DNA from: a virus | Taxonomy: Duplodnaviria > Caudoviricetes | Virus record (IMG/VR): IMGVR_UViG_3300022741_000087 | Span: 1 to 37,060 of that record | Reading direction: 5' to 3' (one strand) | DNA length: 37,060 nt | In this document: one piece after another, positions 15,978-25,628 of the stretch | Layout: the number at the start of each line of letters is the position of its first letter | How positions within the stretch are numbered: position 1 is the stretch's first letter | The notes under the pieces: generated by a model | Told to the model about the DNA's origin: nothing | Database searches by the model: none | What the model saw: the letters and a program-made list of their open reading frames with translations, nothing else | Made by a program: the position numbers and the translations under genes

Positions 15978-16538
15978 TCAATGCTTGTGGTTCGGCGTGT
16001 TGCCCGAAGTGTCGATAATCCGAGCGCCGCCATGGATGTCACCCGTTACGCGTAACGCGCCATTGATCTGCACGTCACCGGTCAGGGTGATGGTGCCAGC
16101 CGTGGCGGTAATGGTGTCATCGGCCACCACCGCGGAACTGCCCCCGACGCGCACCGTTGCTGTACCCGAAGGCAGATCGATGGTGTAGGACTTGGCTTGC
16201 CAGTCGTAGACCAGCGACCCGCCGTCGTCGAAGCGCCAGACCTCGACATGGTCGCGGTTGTCCGGCTGCGCGCCGGCGTTGCCGTAGAGCCCCGGCACGA
16301 ACGTGCCCTGCGCCGGCTCGCCACTGGGACTGATCAGGGCGCCCTGTTCGTTGAGGCTGGGCGCCCGCCAGTGCCGCGCCTTGCCGGCCGCCTGGCTGTG
16401 CCAGCGGACCCAGGCACTGGTCCAGCCGGCGCCATCGGACACACGCACCATAGCTGCCGAGAGGTCGACGGCCACGACGCGGCAGGGGATGACCAGGCCG
16501 GCAAGCATCCGGTCGTGGGCCGCGCTGACCTGACTCAT
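15978..16538 (-). CDS. Baseplate spike protein V (P2 gpV)
   Basis: WRAPSLNEQ, F.DGG...YD, beta-helix-like repeats, C-terminal HxH (HKH); ATGA overlap. Confidence 0.92.
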   Translation of the reverse strand: MSQVSAAHDRMLAGLVIPCRVVAVDLSAAMVRVSDGAGWTSAWVRWHSQAAGKARHWRAPSLNEQGALISPSGEPAQGTFVPGLYGNAGAQPDNRDHVEVWRFDDGGSLVYDWQAKSYTIDLPSGTATVRVGGSSAVVADDTITATAGTITLTGDVQINGALRVTGDIHGGARIIDTSGNTPNHKH

Positions 16539-17065
16539 TCGAGGGTCTCCGGTGCAAGGTACTGGCCTTCCTGGCCGGTACCGGTGCTCGGACTGAAGCC
16601 GAGCATGAGCGTCCCCGGGGGCTGATTCGGCCACGGCCATTCCTCGTCGCCGAGATACAGCTCCTGCGTCCACTCCACCACCCAGACAACATACCCGTCC
16701 AGCTCCGGCCGGGTGAAGTCTTGAGTAGCACGAACGAACTCAGCCGGGCCGACTTCCTGTCCCCAGTGCTGCATGCGCAGCAGCACGGCCAGCCGGGAAG
16801 CGATGAACGCAGCCTGCTGGTAGCAGTCGCCCTGCTCAGCACCGACGATAGCCCGGGCTTCGAAACGCGCGATGACGGCAGTCTCGCCGGTGCCCTGGTC
16901 GAGACCAGGCTCCAGTTCCGCGAGTTCAAGCAGAACCATCGGTACCGGAACGCTGGTCACGATGCCGGGCGGGAAGCAAACCGCTTCCAGCCCGGGGATC
17001 GCCTCGCGCACATGATCCTCGATCGCCACATACAGCGCGTCGAGGCTGAAGGTTTGATCGGACAC
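16535..17065 (-). CDS. Putative tail terminator/completion protein
   Basis: Acidic 176-aa protein between neck genes and gpV; function from position only. Confidence 0.6.
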   Translation of the reverse strand: MSDQTFSLDALYVAIEDHVREAIPGLEAVCFPPGIVTSVPVPMVLLELAELEPGLDQGTGETAVIARFEARAIVGAEQGDCYQQAAFIASRLAVLLRMQHWGQEVGPAEFVRATQDFTRPELDGYVVWVVEWTQELYLGDEEWPWPNQPPGTLMLGFSPSTGTGQEGQYLAPETLE

Positions 17066-17066
17066 C

Positions 17067-17720
17067 TCAGGCCCCTTTCTGCAGTTTCTGCAGCTTGTGC
17101 AGTTCGTAGTTCAGTTCTTGTTCCAGGATCTCCAGCAGCCGCTGGTGGGCCTTCTTCGCCCAGGCATCGAAGTGCGGACGCGCGTCCTCAAGCGACAGCA
17201 TCGCCTTGGCAAGAGGGAAGCGATGCTCGTTCTCCTGCACCCAGCCGCTGCTACGGCCACCGAGCGTGCTCTCCGGGTAGTCGCTCGCCTTGAAGTGCTT
17301 GCTCGCGGTACGAATCCAGATGTCCGCGGTGTTGCCGTAGACCTTCTTGTAGAACGCCCCCTTGTAACTCCGGCCGGCCACAGAAACGCCCGACCGGTTT
17401 TGCCGAGGACGGCCAGCCCGGCTGGACTCGATTGCGTTGATGCCGAACCAAAGCTTGCCCGGCCCGACGCCACTCACCGGATAGGCTCGTAACCGCTGGC
17501 GAACAGCGGTTTGAGCGATCCGCTCCTGCTGACTGATCGCACGAGCGATATGCGTGCGCAGCCAGCGCAGCGTCTTGTTGATAGCCCGGCGCTCAGCGGC
17601 AGCGAACGCCTTGGGCACCAGCACCTTGAAGCGGCTGAACCGGTACTTGTCAGCGGAAGCCACCTGCAGGGTGAGCATTCCGTGACCAGACTTGTTTTCG
17701 AAGTAGCTTCCAACGCTCAT
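17067..17720 (-). CDS. Putative minor tail/neck protein (lambda gpZ-like)
   Basis: Basic protein with RAINKT motif; follows head-tail joining gene; GGAGG RBS. Confidence 0.65.
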   Translation of the reverse strand: MSVGSYFENKSGHGMLTLQVASADKYRFSRFKVLVPKAFAAAERRAINKTLRWLRTHIARAISQQERIAQTAVRQRLRAYPVSGVGPGKLWFGINAIESSRAGRPRQNRSGVSVAGRSYKGAFYKKVYGNTADIWIRTASKHFKASDYPESTLGGRSSGWVQENEHRFPLAKAMLSLEDARPHFDAWAKKAHQRLLEILEQELNYELHKLQKLQKGA

Positions 17721-18037
17721 CGCACCTCCCGCAGTACCAGGTTGATCCAACCGGTTCCATCAGGCTCAAGCTTTACGATGATGTAGGCCCCGCCGCCTTC
17801 TTCAGGCGGGAGGTCCACCACCAGCCGCTGCTGCGCAGTCACCCCGAGGGCATCGGCAACCCTGATCGAGAAAGTGGGCTCCCGTACCTGGGTTTTCAGT
17901 TGGCCGATCTTGGGTTGTGACCAGGGCACCGACATGAAGCCCGGTACCGGCAGGTCTCGCCCCTCGATCAGCGCTTCATCTCCCATGACCGCCAGCAACT
18001 GTTCATCCATGACAGCCACCTGCTCGCGGAACGCCAT
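17717..18037 (-). CDS. Head-tail joining protein (lambda gpFII-like)
   Basis: About 106 aa, EPDGTGWINLVL C-terminus; follows major capsid. Confidence 0.7.
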   Translation of the reverse strand: MAFREQVAVMDEQLLAVMGDEALIEGRDLPVPGFMSVPWSQPKIGQLKTQVREPTFSIRVADALGVTAQQRLVVDLPPEEGGGAYIIVKLEPDGTGWINLVLREVR

Positions 18038-18038
18038 G

Positions 18039-19070
18039 TCAGACCACTTTGGCGAAGACGAAGGCGTTCGGCTCAAGCATGCCGGCGAGCGCCGCAGCCT
18101 GAAGTTTCAGCCAGCGTGCGCTGGGCTCCTTGGTAACCCAGCTCTTGGGGAAACGGACAGCCTCGACCAGACCCGTCTCGATCGCTTCCAGATCTTGAAT
18201 GGCGCCATACAGCATGGCGTTGCGGGTCGAAGTGGAACCCAGGATCAGACCGCCCTTCGGAATCGCTGGCTGCTCAACACCATCGTCGTCCAGATACCAC
18301 TCGTCATAGGCATAAAGGTCGACACCTGGATCGTTGAGGTAGCCGAGGTACGTGACCCCGTCCGGCAGTTCTTCAGGCTTGATGACACCCATGTCGACAC
18401 GGCGGCTGTTCAGTTGCTTGAGCAGCGTTTCATTGCTCTGGAAGGCGTCCTGGGCCTCACCACTCAGCACCGCGACGTTGGCGGAACGACCGGAGTCCTT
18501 GGCGATCAGACGGCGCCACCGGCGCAGATCGGCGATCGGGTCCGATCCCTCGCCAGCCCAGCCACCACCCGGCACGACAATTTTGTGGGTTTCCTCCATC
18601 AGGAAGTCGATGGTTTCGTCGACCCCGTCACCCTTGACGCGAACACGCCCCGTCGTCAGGGCCTGGCCGCACATCCACTCTTCGCGACGGGTGATCTCGT
18701 CGTCCAGGTCCTGCAGGTCACGGCCGAGCAACGCCCCCGCCCGTTCCAGCGGGCTACGCACCGAGAACGGGGTTTCCCCCGCCGAGCGCTTCAGCACCAG
18801 TTCCGCCTTGGTTTCGCGCTTCGGCTGGATGTAGGGCGGCTTGTAGGTCGAGGACGTGAACCCGGTGCGCGACGACACACTGCCGGGCAACGTCGGGTGC
18901 ACGAACGGAGCCATCTTGCGCTGGCCCTTGTAGATGTCGATATCGACCGTCTCGGTGCCGAACGTCTGCGGCTGGCCGCCATTGAAAAAAGTGTCCATGA
19001 GGAAGCGGCGCGGCCGCACCATCTGCTCCACGGCTTCCAGCATGGTCAGGGTTTCGAAAATGTCAGTCAT
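18039..19070 (-). CDS. Major capsid protein (lambda gpE family)
   Basis: FLMDTFF, MAPFVHP, RREEWMC.QAL.TG motifs. Confidence 0.92.
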   Translation of the reverse strand: MTDIFETLTMLEAVEQMVRPRRFLMDTFFNGGQPQTFGTETVDIDIYKGQRKMAPFVHPTLPGSVSSRTGFTSSTYKPPYIQPKRETKAELVLKRSAGETPFSVRSPLERAGALLGRDLQDLDDEITRREEWMCGQALTTGRVRVKGDGVDETIDFLMEETHKIVVPGGGWAGEGSDPIADLRRWRRLIAKDSGRSANVAVLSGEAQDAFQSNETLLKQLNSRRVDMGVIKPEELPDGVTYLGYLNDPGVDLYAYDEWYLDDDGVEQPAIPKGGLILGSTSTRNAMLYGAIQDLEAIETGLVEAVRFPKSWVTKEPSARWLKLQAAALAGMLEPNAFVFAKVV

Positions 19071-19081
19071 GTGTGCTCCGG

Positions 19082-19432
19082 TTAGCGAATGAAAATGGAC
19101 AGAGGACGCAGAGCGACCTTGGCGGCGGCGAGGGTCAGCCCTTCACCCAGGTGGAGTTGGGCGCCGAGCACCTGGCCGGTCAGGCGTATGGGCGCTACCT
19201 GCACGCCTTCCGTGGTGTCGACGTCCTGATCGAGGATCACGCTGGGCTCTTGGGAACCGTCTTCGGCGGCTGCCTTGCACAGCAGGTACTCACCGGTTTC
19301 CGTGACTTGCCCGAGGATCGCGCCACGGAGAAGTTTCTGGCCGGCGGCGATGACGCCGGTGTCCATGACGACCGGGAAATCACCCGCCGAGAGCTGGATC
19401 GGCTGGTAGATATGACGTTGGGGATTGGGCAT
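19082..19432 (-). CDS. Head decoration protein (lambda gpD-like)
   Basis: AGQKLLRGAILG, DGSQEP..IL; between protease and capsid; AAGGAG RBS. Confidence 0.85.
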   Translation of the reverse strand: MPNPQRHIYQPIQLSAGDFPVVMDTGVIAAGQKLLRGAILGQVTETGEYLLCKAAAEDGSQEPSVILDQDVDTTEGVQVAPIRLTGQVLGAQLHLGEGLTLAAAKVALRPLSIFIR

Positions 19433-19442
19433 ACAGATCTCC

Positions 19443-20663
19443 TTAGCGGCGCGAGGCGCCGGCAACGATGGCGCTGACAGCAACCTTGCGTTCTTCAGCC
19501 TTGCCGTCGGCAGATGGCGAGGTACCGGTCACCCCCTTGGCATCACTCTTGATACCGGCCAGGGAAATGCCGCGGTCCTGCGCAGCCTTGAACAGCACCA
19601 GGGCGGTGGCCTCCACCGAGGTACCGTCGTCGATCGCCGCTTCGATTTCTTTCTCGAAACCCTTGCTGGCAAGGCCGTTGATGCCCTTGATGCGATCACG
19701 CTCAGCGGCGCAGGCTTCGCTGCGCACCGCGGCTAGGTCCGGCTGATCGGCCTGGGCAATTTCGATGGTGTTGGGGTCGGTACCGGCGGCCAGTGCGGTG
19801 CGCAGCTCAGCCGTGGTCTTGACGGTGGTCATGGTGTGTATCCTCGTGGAGTGAATGGCCGGCTTCGCCAGCTCGGTGATCAGGGATTCCAGTGAGCCCG
19901 TGCGATGGGCCAGGCCGTGCTTGACGGCGTCGGCGCCAACGCGCAGCCCACCGTGGTCGCCCATCTCGGGCACCTTCTCGGCGGCAACACCGAGGTTGCG
20001 GGCAACCTTGCCCACAAAGACTTCGCTCATCGCGTCGATGGTCTCGCCGACCTTCGCCCGGCCTTCTTCGGTGGCCAGGTCCGGGCGCTTGTTGGGGGCG
20101 TTGCGGCTGACGATCTGGTAGCGGGTGCGGCCGGTGGCCTTCTCGTTCTCGACCACCGCCTCCACCACCACACCGATGCTGCCGGCGAGGCTGGCTTCGT
20201 CGATGACGATCTCGCCGGCCGCCGAGGCGATCCAGTACGCCGCGCTGGCCCCGGTTCCGCCGATGTACGCCACGATCTGCTTGCGGGATCGGCCGGCGTA
20301 GATCATCTCCGCCAGTTCGTTGATGCCGGCCGCCACCCCACCAGGGCTGTCGATGTTCAGCACGATGGACTTGACCTTGGGGTCGTCCAGCGCTCGCTGA
20401 ATGTCCGTCGCCAGGACCTGCGTGCTGGTTGCGCCACTGATCTCGGTGAACAGGTTGGCGTAGCGGAAGATGGGGCCGACGACGGGCACGATCGCCACGC
20501 CGTTGCGCAGGGTGACCTTGCGCGTGTCTTCCAGCCGCTCGCCGCGCTTGGTCGCCAGCGCCACCGGATCGCCCAGGCGATCGGAGATGGTCAGCAGGTT
20601 GTCCAGGGCGTCGGGCAGCATCAGCCAGGGCTGCGAGGCAGCCAGCTCAAGTGCTCGCGGCAT
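19443..20663 (-). CDS. Prohead protease, S49 family, with C-terminal scaffold region (lambda gpC/Nu3-like)
   Basis: IDSPGG, ASAAYWIASAA, GSIGV motifs; possible internal start MTTVKT near 19832. Confidence 0.9.
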   Translation of the reverse strand: MPRALELAASQPWLMLPDALDNLLTISDRLGDPVALATKRGERLEDTRKVTLRNGVAIVPVVGPIFRYANLFTEISGATSTQVLATDIQRALDDPKVKSIVLNIDSPGGVAAGINELAEMIYAGRSRKQIVAYIGGTGASAAYWIASAAGEIVIDEASLAGSIGVVVEAVVENEKATGRTRYQIVSRNAPNKRPDLATEEGRAKVGETIDAMSEVFVGKVARNLGVAAEKVPEMGDHGGLRVGADAVKHGLAHRTGSLESLITELAKPAIHSTRIHTMTTVKTTAELRTALAAGTDPNTIEIAQADQPDLAAVRSEACAAERDRIKGINGLASKGFEKEIEAAIDDGTSVEATALVLFKAAQDRGISLAGIKSDAKGVTGTSPSADGKAEERKVAVSAIVAGASRR

Positions 20664-20665
20664 GT

Positions 20666-22273
20666 CTATTCCTCTTCGGGTTTGGGTTCAGGCGGGTTTT
20701 CGAGACCGCCCTTGGGCAACGGCTGCAGGTTGTGATGGCGACGCAGTTCCACCTCCCGCACCCGCTGGCGGAACACCTGCTGCCAGGGCTCGCCGGTCAT
20801 GGCTGCGGTTTCCAGGGTTTCGTTGCTGACGCCGATCTCGATGCGCTTGCCGGCGGCGTTGGCCTCCTTCAGCTCATCGATCGCCCCACGGGCAGGGCCG
20901 ATCCAGATGGCCTGGCAATACGCCTTGCGCCTGGCCGGGTCGGCGTAGCCGGGCAGAACAAGCAGGCCGCGGGCGACCGCCTCATCGATGACCAGCTCGC
21001 GGCTGGGCTGGCAGAAGTCACACGCCAGCCACCAGCGCCGCAGACTGTAGAAGCGCCAGGCCTGGAGCATTGCCGCTCGGGCCGCGCTGTAGCTGCTGCT
21101 GTAGTGCAACAGCAGTTCCTCCAGCGGCAGCTCCAGGGCGGCGCCGATCTCTTTCACCACAGCGGTGAAGAACGGATCGAACTGGGCGTTAGGGCGGCCG
21201 GGGTTCGCCACCACGGGCTCCTCGCCGACGCCGAGGTCGACGATCGCACCTTCGCCCAGGCTCACGTCACCGTCGCTGGTGTCGTCACCGCCTGGCCTCT
21301 CCTCGGAAAGCGTCGACATCGGCAGATTGCCCTGTTGGAAGTCCGTTCCCTTCTTGATGAAGACGGTGAACATCGCCGAGATCACCGCAGCCATCAGCTC
21401 GGCACTGCTGTACCGCTCCAGCTTCTGCAGCGGCTCCAGCACCGGCGCGAGGTACGGCACCCCACGCTTCAGTCCTGGGCGATCCTTGTCGGCCATCACG
21501 TGCAGCACCCGCCGCCGCCCGGTCTCGGCACCAAACACCGGCAGCCGCTCCCACTGAAGCGTCTTGCCGGACAGGTACTCGCCCGGGTAACCAGTGCAGA
21601 CGTGATAGGCGACTGGGGCACCCAGCGAGTCGAATTCGACCCCATCGACCAGGTCAACACGGTCCAGCCCCTCGTTGGGATTGCCGACACGGTCGCTTTC
21701 GATCAGCTGCAGTCGCGTGCTGAAGATGCAGCCGGGCCGCTCCTGGTCAGGGCTGGCGATGAAGATGTCCCCGGCGACCATCGACGAAACCAGCACCAGG
21801 GCCTGAAGCTGGTAGTGGTTGAGTGTCGCCTCGGCATCGCACTCACGCGGGTCGTCGGCATACAGCGACCAGACGCGGTCGAGGTCGCCGTTCAGCGCGT
21901 CAGCTTCTTCGGGGGTGATCCCCAGCGCGACGTGGTCAACCTGCGCCCGACACACCAGGCCAGTGCCGACAACGTTGGTACGCAGGCGGGTGATGGCGGC
22001 ACGGGCGACCAGGTGGTTGCGCATCGCATCCCTGGAGCGCGCCACCAGCATCCGGCGCTCGCTGCGGTTGACATCGCGCCGCGGGCTACCCAGACCCGGG
22101 ATCCAGCTCGCCATACTGCGCAGCACGCGTGAGGCGCCGCGCCAACGCGTTTCAACACCGCCCCCGCCGCCCTGGGTAACGATCTGCTGACCGCCGGCCG
22201 AGGCGCGGGCCACCCTGATCGCTTCGCGCATAAGTTGCTCCGCCGCCGGCTCTGCCTTTCGGAACGGCCACAT
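20666..22273 (-). CDS. Portal protein, lambda family
   Basis: ARSRD..RN, NVVGTG, LQLIESDR, DGVEFD, RGVPYLAP, SYSAARAA motifs. Confidence 0.93.
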   Translation of the reverse strand: MWPFRKAEPAAEQLMREAIRVARASAGGQQIVTQGGGGGVETRWRGASRVLRSMASWIPGLGSPRRDVNRSERRMLVARSRDAMRNHLVARAAITRLRTNVVGTGLVCRAQVDHVALGITPEEADALNGDLDRVWSLYADDPRECDAEATLNHYQLQALVLVSSMVAGDIFIASPDQERPGCIFSTRLQLIESDRVGNPNEGLDRVDLVDGVEFDSLGAPVAYHVCTGYPGEYLSGKTLQWERLPVFGAETGRRRVLHVMADKDRPGLKRGVPYLAPVLEPLQKLERYSSAELMAAVISAMFTVFIKKGTDFQQGNLPMSTLSEERPGGDDTSDGDVSLGEGAIVDLGVGEEPVVANPGRPNAQFDPFFTAVVKEIGAALELPLEELLLHYSSSYSAARAAMLQAWRFYSLRRWWLACDFCQPSRELVIDEAVARGLLVLPGYADPARRKAYCQAIWIGPARGAIDELKEANAAGKRIEIGVSNETLETAAMTGEPWQQVFRQRVREVELRRHHNLQPLPKGGLENPPEPKPEEE

Positions 22274-22275
22274 GC

Positions 22276-22491
22276 TCAGACCCTCACGTAGGAAATGCGG
22301 TTACGGCCACGACGCTGCAGCGCGGCCTGTTCCTGGGCGACCTCTGTGGCGTACTGTTTCTCCAGCAGCCGGAGACTGTTGAGCTCGGCCAGCTGGACCT
22401 CGCGATCGGCACGACGCAGGCGCTGGCCGTTCTTCAGGACGGCCGAGATTGCCGCCCGGACTTCGTCCAGGCGCTTCTGTGCATCAGTCAT
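22276..22491 (-). CDS. Head completion protein (lambda gpW-like)
   Basis: 71-aa ORF between terminase and portal; GAGGT RBS. Confidence 0.72.
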   Translation of the reverse strand: MTDAQKRLDEVRAAISAVLKNGQRLRRADREVQLAELNSLRLLEKQYATEVAQEQAALQRRGRNRISYVRV

Positions 22492-22503
22492 GGTGTACCT
22501 CGA

Positions 22504-24510
22504 TTAGCCGACGCGGCTGCGGGTGCCTCTGCCTCGAGCAACTGCCCGACGAGGAACCGGCGCCGCCGCCTGCTCATTTCCAAAAAGGGTTGGCTGAAGC
22601 TGTTGCTGCTCCAGCTGGTCCCACTCGTGATCACGCAGCAAGTGGGTCTTGAGGCTGCGGGCCGCATGCAAGGCGTACACTTCGCAGTCCAGCGCCTCGT
22701 TTCGACGGCCCGCCTTCTTCTGCCAGACCATCTTGCTGGGCATGCGGGGGTGCGGTGCCAGCACCTCGTTTGTGACCTGCTCGTAGTAGTCCGACCGGAT
22801 CTCGCTGTACCAGTGCATACGACCTGGTCCGCTACCGCTGAGGCGCATCCGGCCGTCGATCAGTGTCTTGGCCTTGTGGGTACCGACGATGTAGACCCGA
22901 AGGCCGTACTTGGCGGCCTTGGTGTTGTCCTGGGTGGTATCGCTCGACTGCGCCGGCTTGGTGAAAATCTCCCGATCCAGGCTGTCGATGGACGCGCCCT
23001 TGATCGCCATGATGTTGTAGCGCTGGCGGTCACGGACGTAGGTGTAGACGGCATCGTTGGTGTTGCCGTCCGAACTGTCGATGCTCACGGCGGACACCGC
23101 GATCTGGCCACCCCCTTCCGTTGCGATCGGGGTAGAGATGACCTTGTCCAGTTCGGTCCAGACCGGATCATTAGGATCGATCGGGTTGCCCGGCAACTCG
23201 CCCCAGTACAGACGCCACGACTCCTCCCCTCGCCCCCAGCCCACGATCATCAGCGCCAGGCGGTCGCCTTGGACGTCGACGCCCACGGTGACGAGCAGCA
23301 CCCCCTTGGGCGCGGTCAGCTCGGCATAGGGCTCCGCGCGCCGTTCCAGCTCGTCGGTCTTCGGCGCATTGCTCTTGTACTCGTAGCTCTCGCCCATGGA
23401 ACTGTTGGTGAAGGCGATCATCGGCCCGATGTTGCCGATCGAGGCGGCGTGCATTGCCTGCAGCTTCTTCTCCATCAGCACTTCGAATCGGGAGCCGTGG
23501 AACGTCGCGTACAGCTCGTTGAGGATGTAGCCAGCAATACCGCGGAACTCGGCGGTCGCCTCCCAGCGCCCATGCTTGAGGTTGGCGTTCTTCTGGCTGT
23601 CATCCCAGATTTCCCCACAGTGCGGGCAGGCGTAGTAAGCCGTCTCCGGACGACGCTTGCCGTACACTTCGTGGAAGTAGCCTTGCTCCTCGTCGCAGTG
23701 GAGATGCTCGAAGCTCAGGGCATGAGATTGCCCACAACCGTGACAGGGGACCAGGCCGACACGCTTGTCCGAAAGCTCCAGCTCCGCGTCGATAGCCGAC
23801 AGCCCCTTGATGGTCGGGGTACCGCCGATGATGATCTTCGACCGGCGGAAGGTCTTGAGACGCTCTTTCGCCAGCTTGATGCTGTCCCCCTGCCCCCGCA
23901 GGTTCAGGTTGCAGTCGTCGGGCTCCTCGATGCCGACCCGCGGCACCGGGGTGGACTTCACGCTGGCCGGGCTGTTGGAGCCGACCATCTTCAGGAACCC
24001 GCCAGGAAAGCGCTTGAAGTCCTGGCGCTGTTGCAGCTTCCGGCTGCGCAGGTCGACCTTTTTCCGCAGCCGAGGCGTGGCCTCGATCATCGGCTCCAGC
24101 TTCTCCGCCACGTACTGCTTGGCGGCTTCCGCCTTCGGGAAGAGGACCAGGATCGGCGAAGGGTCCAGGTCGATCCATTTGCCGATGGCGTTGCCCAGCA
24201 CGCCGGACGTCCAGGCCACCTGGGCGGACTTGCGACCGACGATCTCGATGACGTTCGGATCGTCCAGCGCCTCCAGCGGCCCGCCTGGCCAGACCAGGTG
24301 GGGAGTGATCTCGAACCGATACTTGCCAGGCTTCGCCGACTCCTCCGGTGCGAGGTAGCGAAACCTGCTCGCCCACTCGATGATGCTCATGCGTGGCGGA
24401 GGGGCCCACTTGCGGCAGGCCCGACGCATGGCCTTACTCGCCGTCTTCTTCAGCGCCCTCCTCGTCGCTCGACTGGTCAGGATCCCAATCGAGATCATCG
24501 TCCTCGTCAT
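22504..24510 (-). CDS. Terminase large subunit (lambda gpA family)
   Basis: KSAQVAWT Walker A variant, GGTPT, CHGC/CPHC Zn motifs, GVDVQ nuclease, RNEALDC; GAGGAGG before ATG 24510 (alternative start 24429). Confidence 0.93.
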   Translation of the reverse strand: MTRTMISIGILTSRATRRALKKTASKAMRRACRKWAPPPRMSIIEWASRFRYLAPEESAKPGKYRFEITPHLVWPGGPLEALDDPNVIEIVGRKSAQVAWTSGVLGNAIGKWIDLDPSPILVLFPKAEAAKQYVAEKLEPMIEATPRLRKKVDLRSRKLQQRQDFKRFPGGFLKMVGSNSPASVKSTPVPRVGIEEPDDCNLNLRGQGDSIKLAKERLKTFRRSKIIIGGTPTIKGLSAIDAELELSDKRVGLVPCHGCGQSHALSFEHLHCDEEQGYFHEVYGKRRPETAYYACPHCGEIWDDSQKNANLKHGRWEATAEFRGIAGYILNELYATFHGSRFEVLMEKKLQAMHAASIGNIGPMIAFTNSSMGESYEYKSNAPKTDELERRAEPYAELTAPKGVLLVTVGVDVQGDRLALMIVGWGRGEESWRLYWGELPGNPIDPNDPVWTELDKVISTPIATEGGGQIAVSAVSIDSSDGNTNDAVYTYVRDRQRYNIMAIKGASIDSLDREIFTKPAQSSDTTQDNTKAAKYGLRVYIVGTHKAKTLIDGRMRLSGSGPGRMHWYSEIRSDYYEQVTNEVLAPHPRMPSKMVWQKKAGRRNEALDCEVYALHAARSLKTHLLRDHEWDQLEQQQLQPTLFGNEQAAAPVPRRAVARGRGTRSRVG

Positions 24511-24955
24511 ACGCGGACAACCTCCTCAGTATCGTGTCGATGGGATCGCGGATCAGCTGGTCGTCCACCTCGATGCCGTAGCGGGCCGTCAATGTCGCGG
24601 CGAGCTCGTCAGGGTAGGTGTTAAGCAGTTCGATCTTGGCGGCGGTGATCACCGCCTCGAAGCGCTCGACCATCTCGGCCTCGATGACGACTTCGCCCAG
24701 GTCCTTGGCAAGCGCCAGCTCCTCGCGGTCGCCCCGCAGGCGGTCCAGCCGATCCCGCGAGGTTTCCTTCCTGCCGTTCAGCGCGGCCTGGCGCATCAGC
24801 CACTCGATCACCGCCTGGGTGTCGTACTGGTTTTCGTTGCCGCGCCCCACGCCGAACTCGATCACCGGCATGCCGTCGTTCTGCCAGCGGCTCAACGTGC
24901 GCTCATCACGGCCAACGATTTCGGACAGCTCCAGCTTGCTGACGGTCTTGCCCAT
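24434..24955 (-). CDS. Terminase small subunit (Nu1-like)
   Basis: N-terminal wHTH (LSEIVGRDERTLSRWQNDGMP, YDT..VIEW); precedes large subunit. Confidence 0.88.
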   Translation of the reverse strand: MGKTVSKLELSEIVGRDERTLSRWQNDGMPVIEFGVGRGNENQYDTQAVIEWLMRQAALNGRKETSRDRLDRLRGDREELALAKDLGEVVIEAEMVERFEAVITAAKIELLNTYPDELAATLTARYGIEVDDQLIRDPIDTILRRLSAYDEDDDLDWDPDQSSDEEGAEEDGE

Positions 24956-25008
24956 TACTAAGTCCTTGGAAAGACGGACATCCCTGCCACCTTCTCAGCT
25001 GCAGAGAT

Positions 25009-25056
25009 CCCGCGAGTCTGCGCACCCGTGTAGGGGGCGGGACGGGGGGAGGACCC
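25009..25056 (-). other. cos site: cosQ (25050-25056) and cosN, predicted 12-nt cohesive end GGTGCGCAGACT (25015-25026)
   Basis: Minus strand GGGTCCT-23 nt ending ACG-GGTGCGCAGACT-CGCGGG, same layout as lambda GGGTCCT-23 nt-GGGCGGCGACCT-CGCGGG; immediately upstream of terS. Confidence 0.8.
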
Positions 25057-25097
25057 AAAAAAGGTGGGGCCCCGCCCCCACCCCGCCTTTTCGTCGG

Positions 25098-25445
25098 TCA
25101 CTGCCCGGCCTCGCCATTGCGGGGGGGCACCTCGCAGATGCCGATCCGTTTCGCGGCCCAGCGCTCGTACAGCGCGATGGCAACGTCTGCGCCGGCCACC
25201 GCAGTCAGGCAGCCGAATGCACCCGCCGCCCAGATCGACAACCCTGCCGAGTGCAACAGCATGAGGGTGGCCATCCCGCAGACGATGCAAGCACCGGAGC
25301 GAAGTGCGACCCGGCGAACCAGCGCCCAACCGTGGACGCCGGCCTTATCTGCCCGCCAGGTCTCACCCGACACCCCGCCCACCAGGGACAGCACGATCAC
25401 CATCCACAGGGGCATTTCGATTAGCGCTTGTTGTTCGTTGGTCAT
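25098..25445 (-). CDS. Holin
   Basis: 115 aa, about three hydrophobic segments, resembles Pseudomonas phage/pyocin holins (MTNEQQAL.EMP.W); GAGGA RBS. Confidence 0.85.
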   Translation of the reverse strand: MTNEQQALIEMPLWMVIVLSLVGGVSGETWRADKAGVHGWALVRRVALRSGACIVCGMATLMLLHSAGLSIWAAGAFGCLTAVAGADVAIALYERWAAKRIGICEVPPRNGEAGQ

Positions 25446-25481
25446 ACGGTCCTCGCAGGTCAGAAGCACGGCGCCAGAAAC

Positions 25482-25509
25482 AGAAAACCCCGCCAGCTGG
25501 CAGGGTTCT
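25482..25509 (-). terminator. Terminator-like hairpin upstream of holin (tR'-like)
   Basis: AACCCTGCC-agct-GGCGGGGTT followed by TTCTGTTT. Confidence 0.55.
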
Positions 25510-25628
25510 CGGTGGTTGAGGTTCGGTGCTTGGATGAGCGCGTAATGCGCAGGTGTCATATCGTGGGGACTTTTTACCCCCGACCGGAAAAACCGAAAAG
25601 GGGTAATTTTCGGTTCGTCGTTTCGACG

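Noticed and set aside
20651-22132. 493-aa + strand ORF
   Set aside because: Antisense to portal, no independent support
22603-24624. 673-aa + strand ORF
   Set aside because: Antisense shadow of terminase; expected from high-GC codon bias, no motifs or RBS
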